A DNA stretch of 64,000 nt, from positions 64,001 through 128,000 of the forward strand of contig CAXXVD010000005.1 of the NCBI GenBank assembly GCA_963662335.2. The letters are read 5' to 3'. Below, in pieces: positions 38,837 through 48,529 of this stretch. Below the pieces are notes generated by a model. It did no database searches and was not told where the DNA came from. It was given only the letters and a program-made list of their open reading frames with translations. Positions within the stretch are counted from its first letter, which is position 1, and every line of letters starts with the position of its first letter. Origin of the DNA: Chloroflexota bacterium. GTDB taxonomy: Bacteria; Chloroflexota; UBA11872; VXOZ01. The position numbers and the translations under genes are program-made.

Positions 38837-40132
38837 TCAACTGGCCTTGGCCAGAACCTCGACGAGCCGCGGGCCGCGTTCCACTACCTTGCGGAAGGCC
38901 GCCGCGTTCTGCTCCAGCCAGTCGTCGCTGGGGTCAACCGGCGTGGAGAGCCAGAAGCAGGTGTCGTGGACGCGCTCGCTGACCGGCAGCGCGCCGCGCC
39001 GCAGGGGCCGGCGGGCATCGGCGGGCAAGTCGCCCCAGGGGCCGCCCAGGCCGTCGAACGAGAACTCGTTGAAGAGCGGCTCCAGGTGCATCACGCCGTA
39101 GCCAAAGGGCGTTATGGCCGGAGTCGTGCTTACCCCCTCAGCCACAAGAGCCTTCAGCACCGTGTTCACCGGCGCGCCGATTTCCGCCGGGTCGATGACG
39201 CCGGCGTAGAGCAACAGTCCGCCGCGCACCGCTGAGGGATAGGTCTTCTGCGGGTAGATGCCCGGTATCGGCTCCAGCAGAGCATCGAGCTTTTGGAACC
39301 ACGCCCGGCGCTTCTCGTTCAGTTCCGGCAGGCGCTCAAGCTGCGCGCGCGCCATGGCCATTGCCAGCGGGTTGGCGCGGTACTTGACGCCCAGGCCGAT
39401 GTTGTGCAGCGACGTGAAGCGCTCGGTCTGCCACATGCGCTCGGTGCGGCCGTAGTGCCCCAGGGCCAACATGCGGTCGTAGAGGTCCGGGCAGTCCGTA
39501 GTCGCCACGCCCGCCTCGATGCCGGTGACCGCCTTGCTGCCCTGCAGGCTGAAGCAGCCAATGTCGCCAATGGCGCCGACCTGCTGGCCGTTCCACGTGC
39601 CGCCGTGGGCGTGCGAAGCATCCTCGATCAGCGTGATGTCGGTGCCCGCCACGATTTCGCGGAAAGCGTCCATGTCCGCCGGGTTGCCGTAGACGTGGGT
39701 AACGATGATGGCGCAGGTGTTCGGCGTAATCTTGCGGCGCACGTCGGCCGGGTCGGCGCAGAACGTCTCCGGATCGACGTCGCAGAAGACCGGCGTAGCG
39801 TTGCAGTGCAGTATTGGCGTAATGCTGGCGTGCCAGGTCACGGAGGGCACGATGACTTCCTTGCCCAGCCCCGCGCCGGCGGCAAAGACCGCCGCGTGGA
39901 TGGTGGACGTGCCGTTGCAGTGGGCCAGGGCGTAGCGCGTGCCGACGAAGTCCCGGAATTGCGCCTCGAACTTCTCGATTTCGTCATAGGCGCTGCCGTA
40001 GTCGTCCAGCACCGCGTTCACGTACTGCTTTTCCAGCGGGCTGACGCGCTCCCACGTGTCGCCGCTCGACGCGGTCACGGCCCTGGGGCCGCCCTCGAGC
40101 GCCAGCGCTTCTCTGCTCAGTACCTTTGCCAT
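38837..40132 (-). CDS. DegT/DnrJ/EryC1/StrS PLP aminotransferase
   Basis: NGTSTIH, HVYGNP, EDASHAHG, FSLQGSKA. Confidence 0.92.
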   Translation of the reverse strand: MAKVLSREALALEGGPRAVTASSGDTWERVSPLEKQYVNAVLDDYGSAYDEIEKFEAQFRDFVGTRYALAHCNGTSTIHAAVFAAGAGLGKEVIVPSVTWHASITPILHCNATPVFCDVDPETFCADPADVRRKITPNTCAIIVTHVYGNPADMDAFREIVAGTDITLIEDASHAHGGTWNGQQVGAIGDIGCFSLQGSKAVTGIEAGVATTDCPDLYDRMLALGHYGRTERMWQTERFTSLHNIGLGVKYRANPLAMAMARAQLERLPELNEKRRAWFQKLDALLEPIPGIYPQKTYPSAVRGGLLLYAGVIDPAEIGAPVNTVLKALVAEGVSTTPAITPFGYGVMHLEPLFNEFSFDGLGGPWGDLPADARRPLRRGALPVSERVHDTCFWLSTPVDPSDDWLEQNAAAFRKVVERGPRLVEVLAKAS

Positions 40133-40304
40133 CGCATACTCCTTTGGGGACAAGAAGCTGTCTTCACAGATCCACCTGACGGTCCAGGCAGACGGTCTCA
40201 CCAAGTGTATCACGCTTCAACAGACAAAGACAGGAGGCAGCGGGAATGCTGCCTCCTGTCTCTTCCGGCAAATTCCAAGCGTGCCCGGTATCAGGCAAAC
40301 GCTC

Positions 40305-41681
40305 TTACATCTGCATCTTCCACTCATCCGGCCGCTGGCTGAAGAGCACGTTCATCTCTTCGGCGGAGGAGCGGAACGCCTCAGGCACGGTGACCTCACC
40401 GGAGATCGCCTTGCGCGTCCACTCAATGTCGATACCCCAGGCCTCGGTGCCTTCGGGCACGATCATGGCATCGTGTCCGCCGGAAATCCAAACGTCCACC
40501 ACGTCCGTTACGCGGGTGCCCTTGAAAGGCTCCAGCCATACCGGATGCGTGGCGTACTCGATGACGGGCGGCCACGCGATGGAACCGAAGTGCGGGGTCT
40601 CCAGCATGCTCTCGTCGGAGTGGAACCACATGAGGAAGTCCCATGCCAGGTCCTTGGCCTCGGAGAGACTCAGGATGGAGTAGGCATTGCCCAGCACGGT
40701 TACGCGCTGATCCAGACCCTTTGGCGGGGGCAGGAAGTCCAAGGCCTCGCCCAGGTGCGGGCGAATGCCGTTGTGGCGGTAGATGCCGTTGTTCTCCATC
40801 GCCGCGAACTGGTTCTCGATGTGATAGGTGCCCTTCGGGAACTCGACGCCGATTTCACTGGCGCCCGGCGCGATCACCTTATGCTTGAGCGCCAGGTCGA
40901 TGTTGAACTGGGCGCCTTCCAGAGACAGCGGATCCGTGCCGTAGACCGCCTTGTCCTTGGTCTCGTTGAGAATCTGGCCGCCAAAGTTATACATCCACGT
41001 GCCCATCATATAGAACACGTAGTTCTGGTAGATGACCAGCGCCCATCTGTTCTCATCCGCATTCGTAAGCTTGCGGGACATGTCCAGCAGGTCGTCGTAG
41101 CTCCAGTCCGGCGGCGGCATGTCCACACCGGCCTGGGTGAGCAGGTCCTTGTTGACGTGGAAGACCTCGCCACCTGACTGGAAGGGCACGCCATAGAGGC
41201 TCGGGCCCCAACTCCAGTTCACCAGCTCGCCGGCAAAGTAGTCCTCTTTGCTGCGCGGGCCTTTGGCGAAATAGGGGGTAAGTTCCTCGATGACGCCGGT
41301 GAGACCCCACTTGAGCGCCCAGTTCACCTGGTTGTAAGTGATGTCCACGCCGGCTTCACCGGCCGCAAACTCGGTGTTGCGCTTGGCAAAGACACCGCCG
41401 TCGAACGTGCGGTCGGGCGTCGCCTCGATCGTGATGTCGAGAGCCTCCTCACCAACCCTGAAGGTCTCCGAAAGCGCCTTCCAGCGCGGATCCTCTTCCG
41501 CGTGGTAGTTGGAGATCTTCAGCACCGGCTTCTCAGCCATTTCGGTCTTTTCCTCAGCCTTGGGCGCCTCGGTCGTATCCGCCGGCGCGCCCGTCGTCGC
41601 CGCCGTGCCGCACGCGGCCAGCAACGCTGCGCCGCCTACTGCGGCGCCAGCGCCGAGCAGCGATCGTCTCGAAAACGTCAT
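40305..41681 (-). CDS. Sugar-type ABC solute-binding lipoprotein, Tat signal
   Basis: SRRSLL twin-arginine motif, LAAC lipobox, LYGVPF, NKDLLTQAGV..P..WSYDDLL. Confidence 0.85.
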   Translation of the reverse strand: MTFSRRSLLGAGAAVGGAALLAACGTAATTGAPADTTEAPKAEEKTEMAEKPVLKISNYHAEEDPRWKALSETFRVGEEALDITIEATPDRTFDGGVFAKRNTEFAAGEAGVDITYNQVNWALKWGLTGVIEELTPYFAKGPRSKEDYFAGELVNWSWGPSLYGVPFQSGGEVFHVNKDLLTQAGVDMPPPDWSYDDLLDMSRKLTNADENRWALVIYQNYVFYMMGTWMYNFGGQILNETKDKAVYGTDPLSLEGAQFNIDLALKHKVIAPGASEIGVEFPKGTYHIENQFAAMENNGIYRHNGIRPHLGEALDFLPPPKGLDQRVTVLGNAYSILSLSEAKDLAWDFLMWFHSDESMLETPHFGSIAWPPVIEYATHPVWLEPFKGTRVTDVVDVWISGGHDAMIVPEGTEAWGIDIEWTRKAISGEVTVPEAFRSSAEEMNVLFSQRPDEWKMQM

Positions 41682-41826
41682 GGGGGACTCCTCCTTCTTG
41701 GCTCTACCCCAAATAGAACCTGCGTATGCATGACCACGCTCAACGTGCGATCACCTGCCCAGCCACGCTACAGGTTCTTGCCATACCCAAACTAAACCAA
41801 CGCACTATTCGGCTAGGCTTACCAAA

Positions 41827-41855
41827 ATTATAAACGTTTCGTCAAGGCGGGTCAA
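41827..41855 (-). promoter_or_regulatory. Consensus sigma70 promoter with a LacI-like AAACGTTT core in the spacer
   Basis: Minus strand TTGACC-17 nt-TATAAT; AAACGTTT at 41832-41839. Confidence 0.65.
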
Positions 41856-41929
41856 GAAATCGCCGCGCGCTAACGATTGCCAGGGCAACTCACCGGCGGG
41901 CTGTGGGGCCGCCTCTCCCGCCAGCCGGA

Positions 41930-42670
41930 CTACTCTTCAACTTCGATGCTGAAGAACTGCCACCTGGTCGTGCAACTGTCGCGGAGCGTGTCGTCGTCTT
42001 GCACCATCTGATAGCAGGGCCAGATTTCCCATTCGCCCGGTTCATCGAGCAGTATTATGACGCCAGTCTTGAACTTCTGGTACCTGGCAACTTCAACCCC
42101 CTCATGCACTAGCCCGAAGTCCTTCTCCTCCCCCGTAGGGTGTTGCACGGAAACGAACGTCCGCTTTAGCTCGATTGGCGAGGCCCACAGGCTTTGCACG
42201 GTGAACTCGATGTAAATCTCTTGCCCCACCTTGAAGGGATTCTTGTCGCCCTCGATGCCATGCCCCGGCGGGCCGTACGCCGTCATTTCCACGAGCCTAA
42301 AGGCATCGAAGTTTGCGGCTGGCTGGAATGCCTCGTAGAAGACCTCCATGGCGCCAACGCTCTCCGGCGTGGCAGTGGGTTCGATGACCGGCAACTCGGC
42401 AGTCTCGGCGGCGGATTCCGCCTCTTCATCACCCTTGGCTGCCGCCGTGGCCGTGCTGCTCACTTTGATGGTGACGCTTGCGTCTTCCGGAGCCGCCGTT
42501 TCCGCGGCGCTGGAAAACATGAAACTCGCGACGCCTATGAGCAGCAAAACGACTCCCGCGCCTATGGCGCCCACGGATGCGCCAGGCCGGCGGCCGGCAA
42601 ATTTGCCAACTATTCCCGCAGCCAACAGTATGACGCCAATCACACCAAACACGATTGTAAGCGCAGGCAT
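41930..42670 (-). CDS. Hypothetical membrane-anchored protein (two TM helices, linker, beta-rich C-terminal domain)
   Basis: Two hydrophobic N-terminal helices, Ala/Glu/Thr linker, a Cys pair in the C-terminal domain. Confidence 0.65.
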   Translation of the reverse strand: MPALTIVFGVIGVILLAAGIVGKFAGRRPGASVGAIGAGVVLLLIGVASFMFSSAAETAAPEDASVTIKVSSTATAAAKGDEEAESAAETAELPVIEPTATPESVGAMEVFYEAFQPAANFDAFRLVEMTAYGPPGHGIEGDKNPFKVGQEIYIEFTVQSLWASPIELKRTFVSVQHPTGEEKDFGLVHEGVEVARYQKFKTGVIILLDEPGEWEIWPCYQMVQDDDTLRDSCTTRWQFFSIEVEE

Positions 42671-42819
42671 GCCTCTATCCTCGGATTCTCGATTTACACC
42701 AACGGCTCGCGCGGCCTGGACCGCTTCGGAATTCAACTGCTTCTTGGCGGGAGAACCGTCTGACCGGCTCCTCCGCGCGCTTCAGCCGGTTGCCTGAGCG
42801 CAACTGCCTGATTGAAAAG

Positions 42820-42849
42820 ATTATAGTAACCGGCAGCCCGCAGAGTCAA
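42820..42849 (-). promoter_or_regulatory. Putative sigma70 promoter
   Basis: Minus strand TTGACT-18 nt-TATAAT. Confidence 0.55.
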
Positions 42850-42893
42850 GGAGTTTGGCAAGACGCGGCAATTGCGGCGCAGCGGCGCATTAG

Positions 42894-42914
42894 GTACGGT
42901 ATAGCATACCGTAC
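42894..42914. promoter_or_regulatory. Palindromic operator-like site upstream of iolB
   Basis: GTACGGTAT-AGC-ATACCGTAC. Confidence 0.5.
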
Positions 42915-42997
42915 GGCGCTCTTGTGCATGTGGCGCCATTCTTGGAAAAAATCCCGTTGTGCGCAGTTGCTCGGTTGTTGCGCGAAAGGACTATGCG

Positions 42998-43840
42998 ATG
43001 AATCTTCTCCACAAAGCTCCCAAGGGCCTGGGCTACCACGCCATTGTCGCAGACGATCATCCCGCCTTAAAGCGCATCCGCATGGCGGTCTTGCGGCTGG
43101 CGCCCGGCGAGTCGTATGCCGGCGAGACCGGCGTATGGGAATCCGCTCTCGTGCTGCAGGCAGGCGAAGGGACGATCGTCGTGGAATCCCATGGCATTGC
43201 CCACCACTGCTCGCGCCAAAACGTCTTCGGCGGCCAGTCTTCTACGGTCTTTGTCGCGCCCGAGCAGACGTGGGAGGTGCGCGCCGCGGGCAACACGACG
43301 CTGGAACTGGTTGTCTGCAGCACGCCCGGCAAGCCGGGCATGGCTTCCCAGGTGATTACGGCCGACCAACTGAAGCTGCGCCGGGTCGGAAAAGGAAACT
43401 GGTACCGCACGATCTACGACATCATCGACGCGCCTTTTCCCGCCCATACGATGATTCTGGGCGAGACTTACAATCCGCCGGGCTTCTGGAGCAGCGCGCC
43501 GCCGCATAAGCACGAGGTGGACGACCTGCCCCACGAGTCCATGCACGAGGAAGCCTACCTCTTCCGCCTGCACCCGGCGCGGGGCTTTGGCATGCAGCGC
43601 GTCTACACCGACGACCGCTCGCTGGATGACGCCTACGCGGTGGAAGACGGCGACGTGGTGGCAATCCCGCGCGGCTACCATCCCGTGGCGGCGGCGCCGG
43701 GCTACCAACTCTACTATCTCTGGGTACTGTCGGGCAACCAGCGCGTGCTGGCCCCGCGCGACGATCCGGCGCACGCCTGGCTGAAAGACAGCGAAGCGGT
43801 AATGACGGCCGTGGGCGGTCTGCACACGCCCGGCGGGTAA
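42998..43840 (+). CDS. iolB: 5-deoxy-glucuronate isomerase (IolB/KduI family)
   Basis: WSSAPPHKHE, EEAY, GFGMQRVY, PRGYHPVAAAPGY.LYYLW. Confidence 0.92.
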   Translation: MNLLHKAPKGLGYHAIVADDHPALKRIRMAVLRLAPGESYAGETGVWESALVLQAGEGTIVVESHGIAHHCSRQNVFGGQSSTVFVAPEQTWEVRAAGNTTLELVVCSTPGKPGMASQVITADQLKLRRVGKGNWYRTIYDIIDAPFPAHTMILGETYNPPGFWSSAPPHKHEVDDLPHESMHEEAYLFRLHPARGFGMQRVYTDDRSLDDAYAVEDGDVVAIPRGYHPVAAAPGYQLYYLWVLSGNQRVLAPRDDPAHAWLKDSEAVMTAVGGLHTPGG

Positions 43841-43893
43841 TGCGGTCCATACCGCCTTGCGCCAAGTCAATTGAGGGACTCAAGCGGTTATCC

Positions 43894-44069
43894 CCGTAGC
43901 GCGGGGGCTTGTCCCCCGCCTCTTGGCAAAGTGGCACAAACCGCGCACCACCCGTTCGCACTGAGCCTGTCGAAGTGCACACACCAAAGCAACTGTCATT
44001 CCGAGCGCAGCGAGGAATCTAAGGCTTCAACAGGCCGTAGCGCGGGGGCTTGTCCCCCGCCTCTTGGCA
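43894..44069 (+). repeat. Composite REP mosaic (C-D-A-C, 141-nt period)
   Basis: GTAG copies at 43896 and 44037; family A copy at 43995. Confidence 0.85.
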
Positions 44070-44127
44070 CGTTTGACGACACTACGCCGTGGTGATTGCG
44101 CCTTACGCAAAGGAGGGCACGAAAACA

Positions 44128-45519
44128 TTGGCTGACCGCTTCGACCTCATCGTCCTCGGCGGCGGCAGCGCCGGTTACGCCGCCGCGCGCACGGCCGCCG
44201 AACTGGGCGCCACCGTCGCCGTAGCCGAGCGCGGCCCGCTGGGCGGACTCTGCATCCTGCGCGGCTGCATGCCCAGCAAAGCCATCTTAGCCTCTTCAAA
44301 TCGGCTCTACCATGCCCAGCACGCGGCGGAACTGGGCATCCACGTGAGCGGAACGAGCGCCGACCTGCCCGCCATCATCGCCCGCAAGCGGCGGTTGGTC
44401 GCGGAATTTGCCGACTACCGGATCGAGCAACTCAACTCACCGGATATCACGCTGGTGGAAGGCGCCGCGCACTTCCTTTCCGCCGAACAGGTGCAGGTTG
44501 GCGAGCGCGTCCTCGCCGCGCCGAAATTCGTCATCGCCACCGGCTCCGTGCCGTTCGTGCCCAAAGTGCCGGGGTTGGAGGAAACCGGCTACATCACCAG
44601 CGACGAGGCCCTGGAGTTGGAGACCCTGCCGGAATCGCTTTGTGTGCTGGGCGGCGGCGCAATCGGCCTGGAGTTGGGGCAATTCTTCTCGCGCCTCGGC
44701 GCGCGCGTCACGCTCCTGCAGCGCAGCGCTTGCGTGCTCAGCAGCGAGGACGAGGCCGTCGGCGCGGCGCTGGCGGATTACCTGCGGGAAGACGGCATGG
44801 ACGTCCGCTGCGGCACGCGCCTGCTCGCCGTGGAGCGGCGCAACGGCAGGAAAGCGCTGCGCGTTTGGCAAGACGATGCGGAGAGCGTGGTTGAGGTGGA
44901 CGAAATCCTGGTCGCCACTGGGCGCGCGCCGGCCGTGGACGGGCTGAACCTGGCCGCCGCCGGTATTGAGAGTACTGCGCGCGGCATCGGCGCCGACACC
45001 GCCATGCGCACGTCGAACCCAAACGTCTTTGCCGTGGGCGACGTGACCGCCGCGTTCGACATCGTGCACGTGGCCATCCAGCAGGGCGAAATCGCCGCGC
45101 ACAACGCCCTGAGCGCCGGCCCGCCGCAATACATGGATTACCGCATCGTGCCCATCGTGGTCTTCACCGAGCCGCAGTACGGGCGCGTGGGCATGACGGA
45201 ACGCGAGGCCCGCGCCAAGGGGCTGCCCATCGTCACGGCGTCCTACCCGTTCGACGACCACGGCAAGGCGCTCTGCCTGGGCGAGACACGCGGGTTTGTC
45301 AAGATGATTGGACACGCCGAGACCGGCGAATTGCTCGGCTACCAAGTACTAGGACCCGAAGGCGGCGAACTCATCCACGAGTGCATCGTCGCCCTCCACT
45401 ACCGCGCCACCGCCCAGGACTTCATGCGCATCCCCCACTACCATCCCACCCTGGCCGAAATCCTCACCTATCCCGCCGAAGAAATCGCCGAACAGGTAGC
45501 GGCCCGCAACGGATCGTGA
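44128..45519 (+). CDS. Pyridine nucleotide-disulfide oxidoreductase (dihydrolipoyl dehydrogenase-like)
   Basis: GGGSAG, GGLCILRGCMPSK redox disulfide, GGGAIGLE, HPTLAE; TTG start after AGGAGG. Confidence 0.9.
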   Translation: MADRFDLIVLGGGSAGYAAARTAAELGATVAVAERGPLGGLCILRGCMPSKAILASSNRLYHAQHAAELGIHVSGTSADLPAIIARKRRLVAEFADYRIEQLNSPDITLVEGAAHFLSAEQVQVGERVLAAPKFVIATGSVPFVPKVPGLEETGYITSDEALELETLPESLCVLGGGAIGLELGQFFSRLGARVTLLQRSACVLSSEDEAVGAALADYLREDGMDVRCGTRLLAVERRNGRKALRVWQDDAESVVEVDEILVATGRAPAVDGLNLAAAGIESTARGIGADTAMRTSNPNVFAVGDVTAAFDIVHVAIQQGEIAAHNALSAGPPQYMDYRIVPIVVFTEPQYGRVGMTEREARAKGLPIVTASYPFDDHGKALCLGETRGFVKMIGHAETGELLGYQVLGPEGGELIHECIVALHYRATAQDFMRIPHYHPTLAEILTYPAEEIAEQVAARNGS

Positions 45520-45552
45520 CCGCTATTCTCCGCTCGCGCATATCCTAACATT

Positions 45553-45728
45553 CCGCTCGCACTGAGACTGTCGAAGTGCCCACGCCAAAGCAACTGTCAT
45601 TCCGAGCGCAGCGAGGAATCTAGCCCGCCAACAGACCGTAGCGCGGGGGCTTGTCCCCCGCCTCTTGGCAAAAGTGGCACACACCGCCTAACATCCGTTC
45701 GCACTAGCCCGTCGAAGTGCACACACCA
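45553..45728 (+). repeat. Second copy of the composite REP mosaic (D-A-C-D)
   Basis: Family A at 45596 and GTAG at 45638, the same 42-nt offset and linker (CCAAAGCAACT) as the 43894 copy. Confidence 0.85.
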
Positions 45729-45775
45729 CGCCCATCTAGTCCCCCCGCCCCACCGCTGCTAGAATAGAACCCACA

Positions 45776-45857
45776 GGGGACGTGTCGGAACTGGAAGACG
45801 AGCATGACTTAGGATCATGTGCCGCAAGGCGTGCGGGTTCGAGTCCCGCCGTCCCCA
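45776..45857 (+). tRNA. tRNA-Leu(TAG)
   Basis: GGGGACGTGTCGGAACTGGAAGACG..CATGA-CTTAGGA-TCATG, variable arm, GGTTCGAGTCC. Confidence 0.93.
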
Positions 45858-45891
45858 CCCACAAGCAAGCGGAGCGGACACACCCCAAAGC

Positions 45892-45973
45892 GCCTCTTCG
45901 CCGGCGGCCTCACTGCCGGCAGCCTCACTGCCGGTAGCTTCTCTTCCGGTAGTGCAGGTTTGCAACCTGCGCC
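45892..45973 (+). repeat. Four degenerate 15-nt tandem repeats followed by a GTAG-type REP (family E)
   Basis: GCCTC(A/T)(C/T)xGCCGGxx x4, then GTAGTGCAGGTTTGCAACCTGCGC. Confidence 0.7.
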
Positions 45974-46125
45974 TCTTGCGTCGCACCCTGTCGCAAGTTT
46001 GTCGCACGTTCACCTGCCGCCTTTAACTGGCGTGTACGTTGCCGCGATGCGTGTTCCCTTGCCGGTATCCGCCGCGAAACGATAAGATACGAACTACACA
46101 AGTCTTGCCTAGAAAAGCGCAACCA

Positions 46126-46443
46126 ATGAGAGATACAGAGAATACCGCGCAGGCGCTCGGAGAAAGAGCCGCCGCGACTCCACGCCGCCCTCACGAAGAG
46201 ACGGCCCGCCTTGGCAAGGAACTGTACGAGCAGAAAATCCGCCAACAGGTCGAAGCCGACCACCACGGCGAAGTCGTCGCCATCGACGTGGACAGCGGCA
46301 GTTGGGCAGTCGCGAGCGGCGAGATTGCCGCAGTCGACCGCTTGCGGGAGATTCGCCCCAGCGCCGTCAATGTGCTGTGTGAGCGGGTCGGATACCGGGC
46401 GCTGCGCAGCTTTGGCGCCCGGTCTCTGCGGAGGGCAAGGTGA
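46126..46443 (+). CDS. Small hypothetical protein (DUF5678-like), partner of an aspartic protease
   Basis: ETARLGK.LYE..IR.QVEADH.GE.VAID; paralog of 48526..48801; GTGA overlap with the next gene. Confidence 0.75.
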   Translation: MRDTENTAQALGERAAATPRRPHEETARLGKELYEQKIRQQVEADHHGEVVAIDVDSGSWAVASGEIAAVDRLREIRPSAVNVLCERVGYRALRSFGARSLRRAR

Positions 46444-46811
46444 TAGAGGGAGAGGTCAACGACGCATACGAAGCAGTTGTGACCCTTTCCCTGCAAGGCC
46501 CCGCCGGGCAATCCCAGGACATAGAAGCCGTCATTGACACCGGCTACAACGGCTTCCTGACTTTGCCCACCGCGTTGGTGATGCAACTGGGGTTGCCCTT
46601 CGTTTACGTAAGCCGGGCCTTCCTGGCCAATGATGATGAAGTGACCTTCAACGTCCACGACGTAACAGTACTTTGGAACGGCCAACCGCGGCGCATCAAG
46701 GCCGACGCAACCGGCAGCACCCCGCTCGTGGGTATGCTGCTGCTCAATCAGCACAGCTTGAACATCGAAGTGGAGCGTGGCGGGCGCGTGATCATTGAGC
46801 CCAGGACATAG
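46440..46811 (+). CDS. Clan AA (retropepsin-like) aspartic protease, AF_0612-like
   Basis: AVIDTG catalytic motif, LVGMLLL; 123 aa. Confidence 0.88.
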   Translation: MIEGEVNDAYEAVVTLSLQGPAGQSQDIEAVIDTGYNGFLTLPTALVMQLGLPFVYVSRAFLANDDEVTFNVHDVTVLWNGQPRRIKADATGSTPLVGMLLLNQHSLNIEVERGGRVIIEPRT

Positions 46812-46926
46812 CTGGTGGAGAAGCGCACATTCCAGTGTGGCGGAGGGTCAAGGCCCGGTGTGCGAGCGCCACAGTAGGCTTGGCGAGTCTGGTTGTCGCA
46901 AGTTATGGCGCAAGTTTGTCGCAAGT

Positions 46927-48003
46927 TCAGCCCAATCCATCCGCCAGCACGTACTCAAGCTGGTTCGTGCCGGCCGTGCGGCGCAGCAGTCCCTTCTTCA
47001 CTAAGGCGCGCAGGTCGCGCTGCAGCGTCCGCCGCGACAATTTGGGAAAGAGCGCCTCGCATTCGCCAATCGTCAACCTGCCGTGCCGGAGCGCGTGTCC
47101 CAGCGCGCGCGCCTGTCGTTCCGTTAGATCGTGGCGGCGGGCCAGCGCATCCTGCTGGAGCGCCGCCTCACCGCTCTGCCTGACCTCCGCCAGTTGGGTT
47201 GCCAGGCCGCGCGTAAAGTACTCCAGCCAGCCGGTCAGATCCATCTGCGCCCGCCGCACGTCCTGCAGGGCACGGTAGAAGGCCGGCCGGTCACGGTCGT
47301 AGTACTCGCTCAGCGAGAATAGCCGCTTGAAGTCATATCCCGCGCGGTAGAGACAGAGCGTCGAGAGCAGCCGGGACGTGCGCCCATTGCCGTCCAGGAA
47401 CGGATGGATGTGCACCAGTTGGAATTGCGCGATGCCGCTGACAATGACCGGGTGTATGTCGCTGGGACGGCTCAGCCACGCCACCAGTTCGGCCATGAGC
47501 CGGGGCACGTCGGCGGTTGGCGGCGGCGTGTAGAGCGTCTCACCGGTGGCCGCGTCGATGACGTAGTTCTGCACGCGCCGGTACGCGCCCGGCGCCGCCG
47601 ACCCGCCGCGCACGCCGGCCACCAAGCGCCGGTGAGTTTCCAGAATGAGCCGCTCGGTGATCGGCCGCCTTTCGCCCGGCGGCCCGCCAACGTCGAACTG
47701 CGCGCTGACAAACTCGAACGCGTCCCGATAGTTCAACACCTCGCGCGCGTCGTCGGCATCCGCCCCCGGCACGTCACGCCCCGCCAACAAGCCGGCGGCG
47801 TCCGCCAGCGTCAACCGGGTGCCCTCGATGTGCGTCGTGTGATGCGCCTCCCGCACGAATGCCTCTGCGCGCATCGCGTCTACCCACGCCTCCGCCAGCG
47901 TCGCCGCCTCCAGAAACCCACGCGCACGCTCGATCTCGGTAAGCGCCGCGGTGATTGCGTTCGTGATGGTGAAGCGCGGCGCATAGGCCATTGATACACT
48001 CAC
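46927..48003 (-). CDS. Fic-family protein (class II) with C-terminal winged HTH
   Basis: [12 protein letters not shown], inhibitory TTHIEG motif, [18 protein letters not shown]. Start is GTG 48003 or ATG 47991. Confidence 0.93.
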   Translation of the reverse strand: MSVSMAYAPRFTITNAITAALTEIERARGFLEAATLAEAWVDAMRAEAFVREAHHTTHIEGTRLTLADAAGLLAGRDVPGADADDAREVLNYRDAFEFVSAQFDVGGPPGERRPITERLILETHRRLVAGVRGGSAAPGAYRRVQNYVIDAATGETLYTPPPTADVPRLMAELVAWLSRPSDIHPVIVSGIAQFQLVHIHPFLDGNGRTSRLLSTLCLYRAGYDFKRLFSLSEYYDRDRPAFYRALQDVRRAQMDLTGWLEYFTRGLATQLAEVRQSGEAALQQDALARRHDLTERQARALGHALRHGRLTIGECEALFPKLSRRTLQRDLRALVKKGLLRRTAGTNQLEYVLADGLG

Positions 48004-48157
48004 TGGATGCCTGGGTTTTGCTGCCCTCAGCATAACGGGTGGAGTCCAGAGCTCTTGAGCGCGCCTGAAACTGCATAGTCAGACCCAGCGGTAGCCATGC
48101 CACGCCCGTTGGTGTGCCACTGAGGGAATTGAAGAGTAGGAGGCGCCGAAGCGTTGG

Positions 48158-48529
48158 CTACGCTATGGCCTCGATGAGAACGCGCCCGCCGTTCTCGACG
48201 TCGATGTTCAGGTTGTGCCTGTCTAGCAGCAGCATACCCACGAGTGGCGTGGTGTCCGCTTCGTCGATCAGAATATCTCGCGGCTGGCCCTCCCAGAGTA
48301 CCGTGGCCTCGTAGGCGTCGAATGTCACCTCGTTGCCGTCGGCCAAGGTCGCCTCGCTGGTACCCATGAAGACCAATCCCAACTGCGCCACGAGTGAGGG
48401 CGGCAGTGTCATGAAACCAGTGAAGCCGGTGTCTATCACGGCCTCGACCTCCTGCGCCTGTCCCGCCGGGCCGCGCAGGGAGAGCGGTATCACGGCTTCG
48501 TAGGCGGCGTTCACCACGCCCTCTATCAT
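48158..48529 (-). CDS. Clan AA aspartic protease, second copy
   Basis: AVIDTG, LVGMLLL; 78/123 identical to 46440..46811 by manual ungapped count. Confidence 0.88.
   Translation of the reverse strand: MIEGVVNAAYEAVIPLSLRGPAGQAQEVEAVIDTGFTGFMTLPPSLVAQLGLVFMGTSEATLADGNEVTFDAYEATVLWEGQPRDILIDEADTTPLVGMLLLDRHNLNIDVENGGRVLIEAIA

Noticed and set aside
43871-43883. Second HAIR site (TTGAG-GGA-CTCAA)
   Set aside because: Half-site spacing is far shorter than HAIR.
44128-45519. Mercuric reductase MerA
   Set aside because: No C-terminal Cys-Cys pair, no NmerA domain and no mer genes; it has an HPTxxE motif instead.
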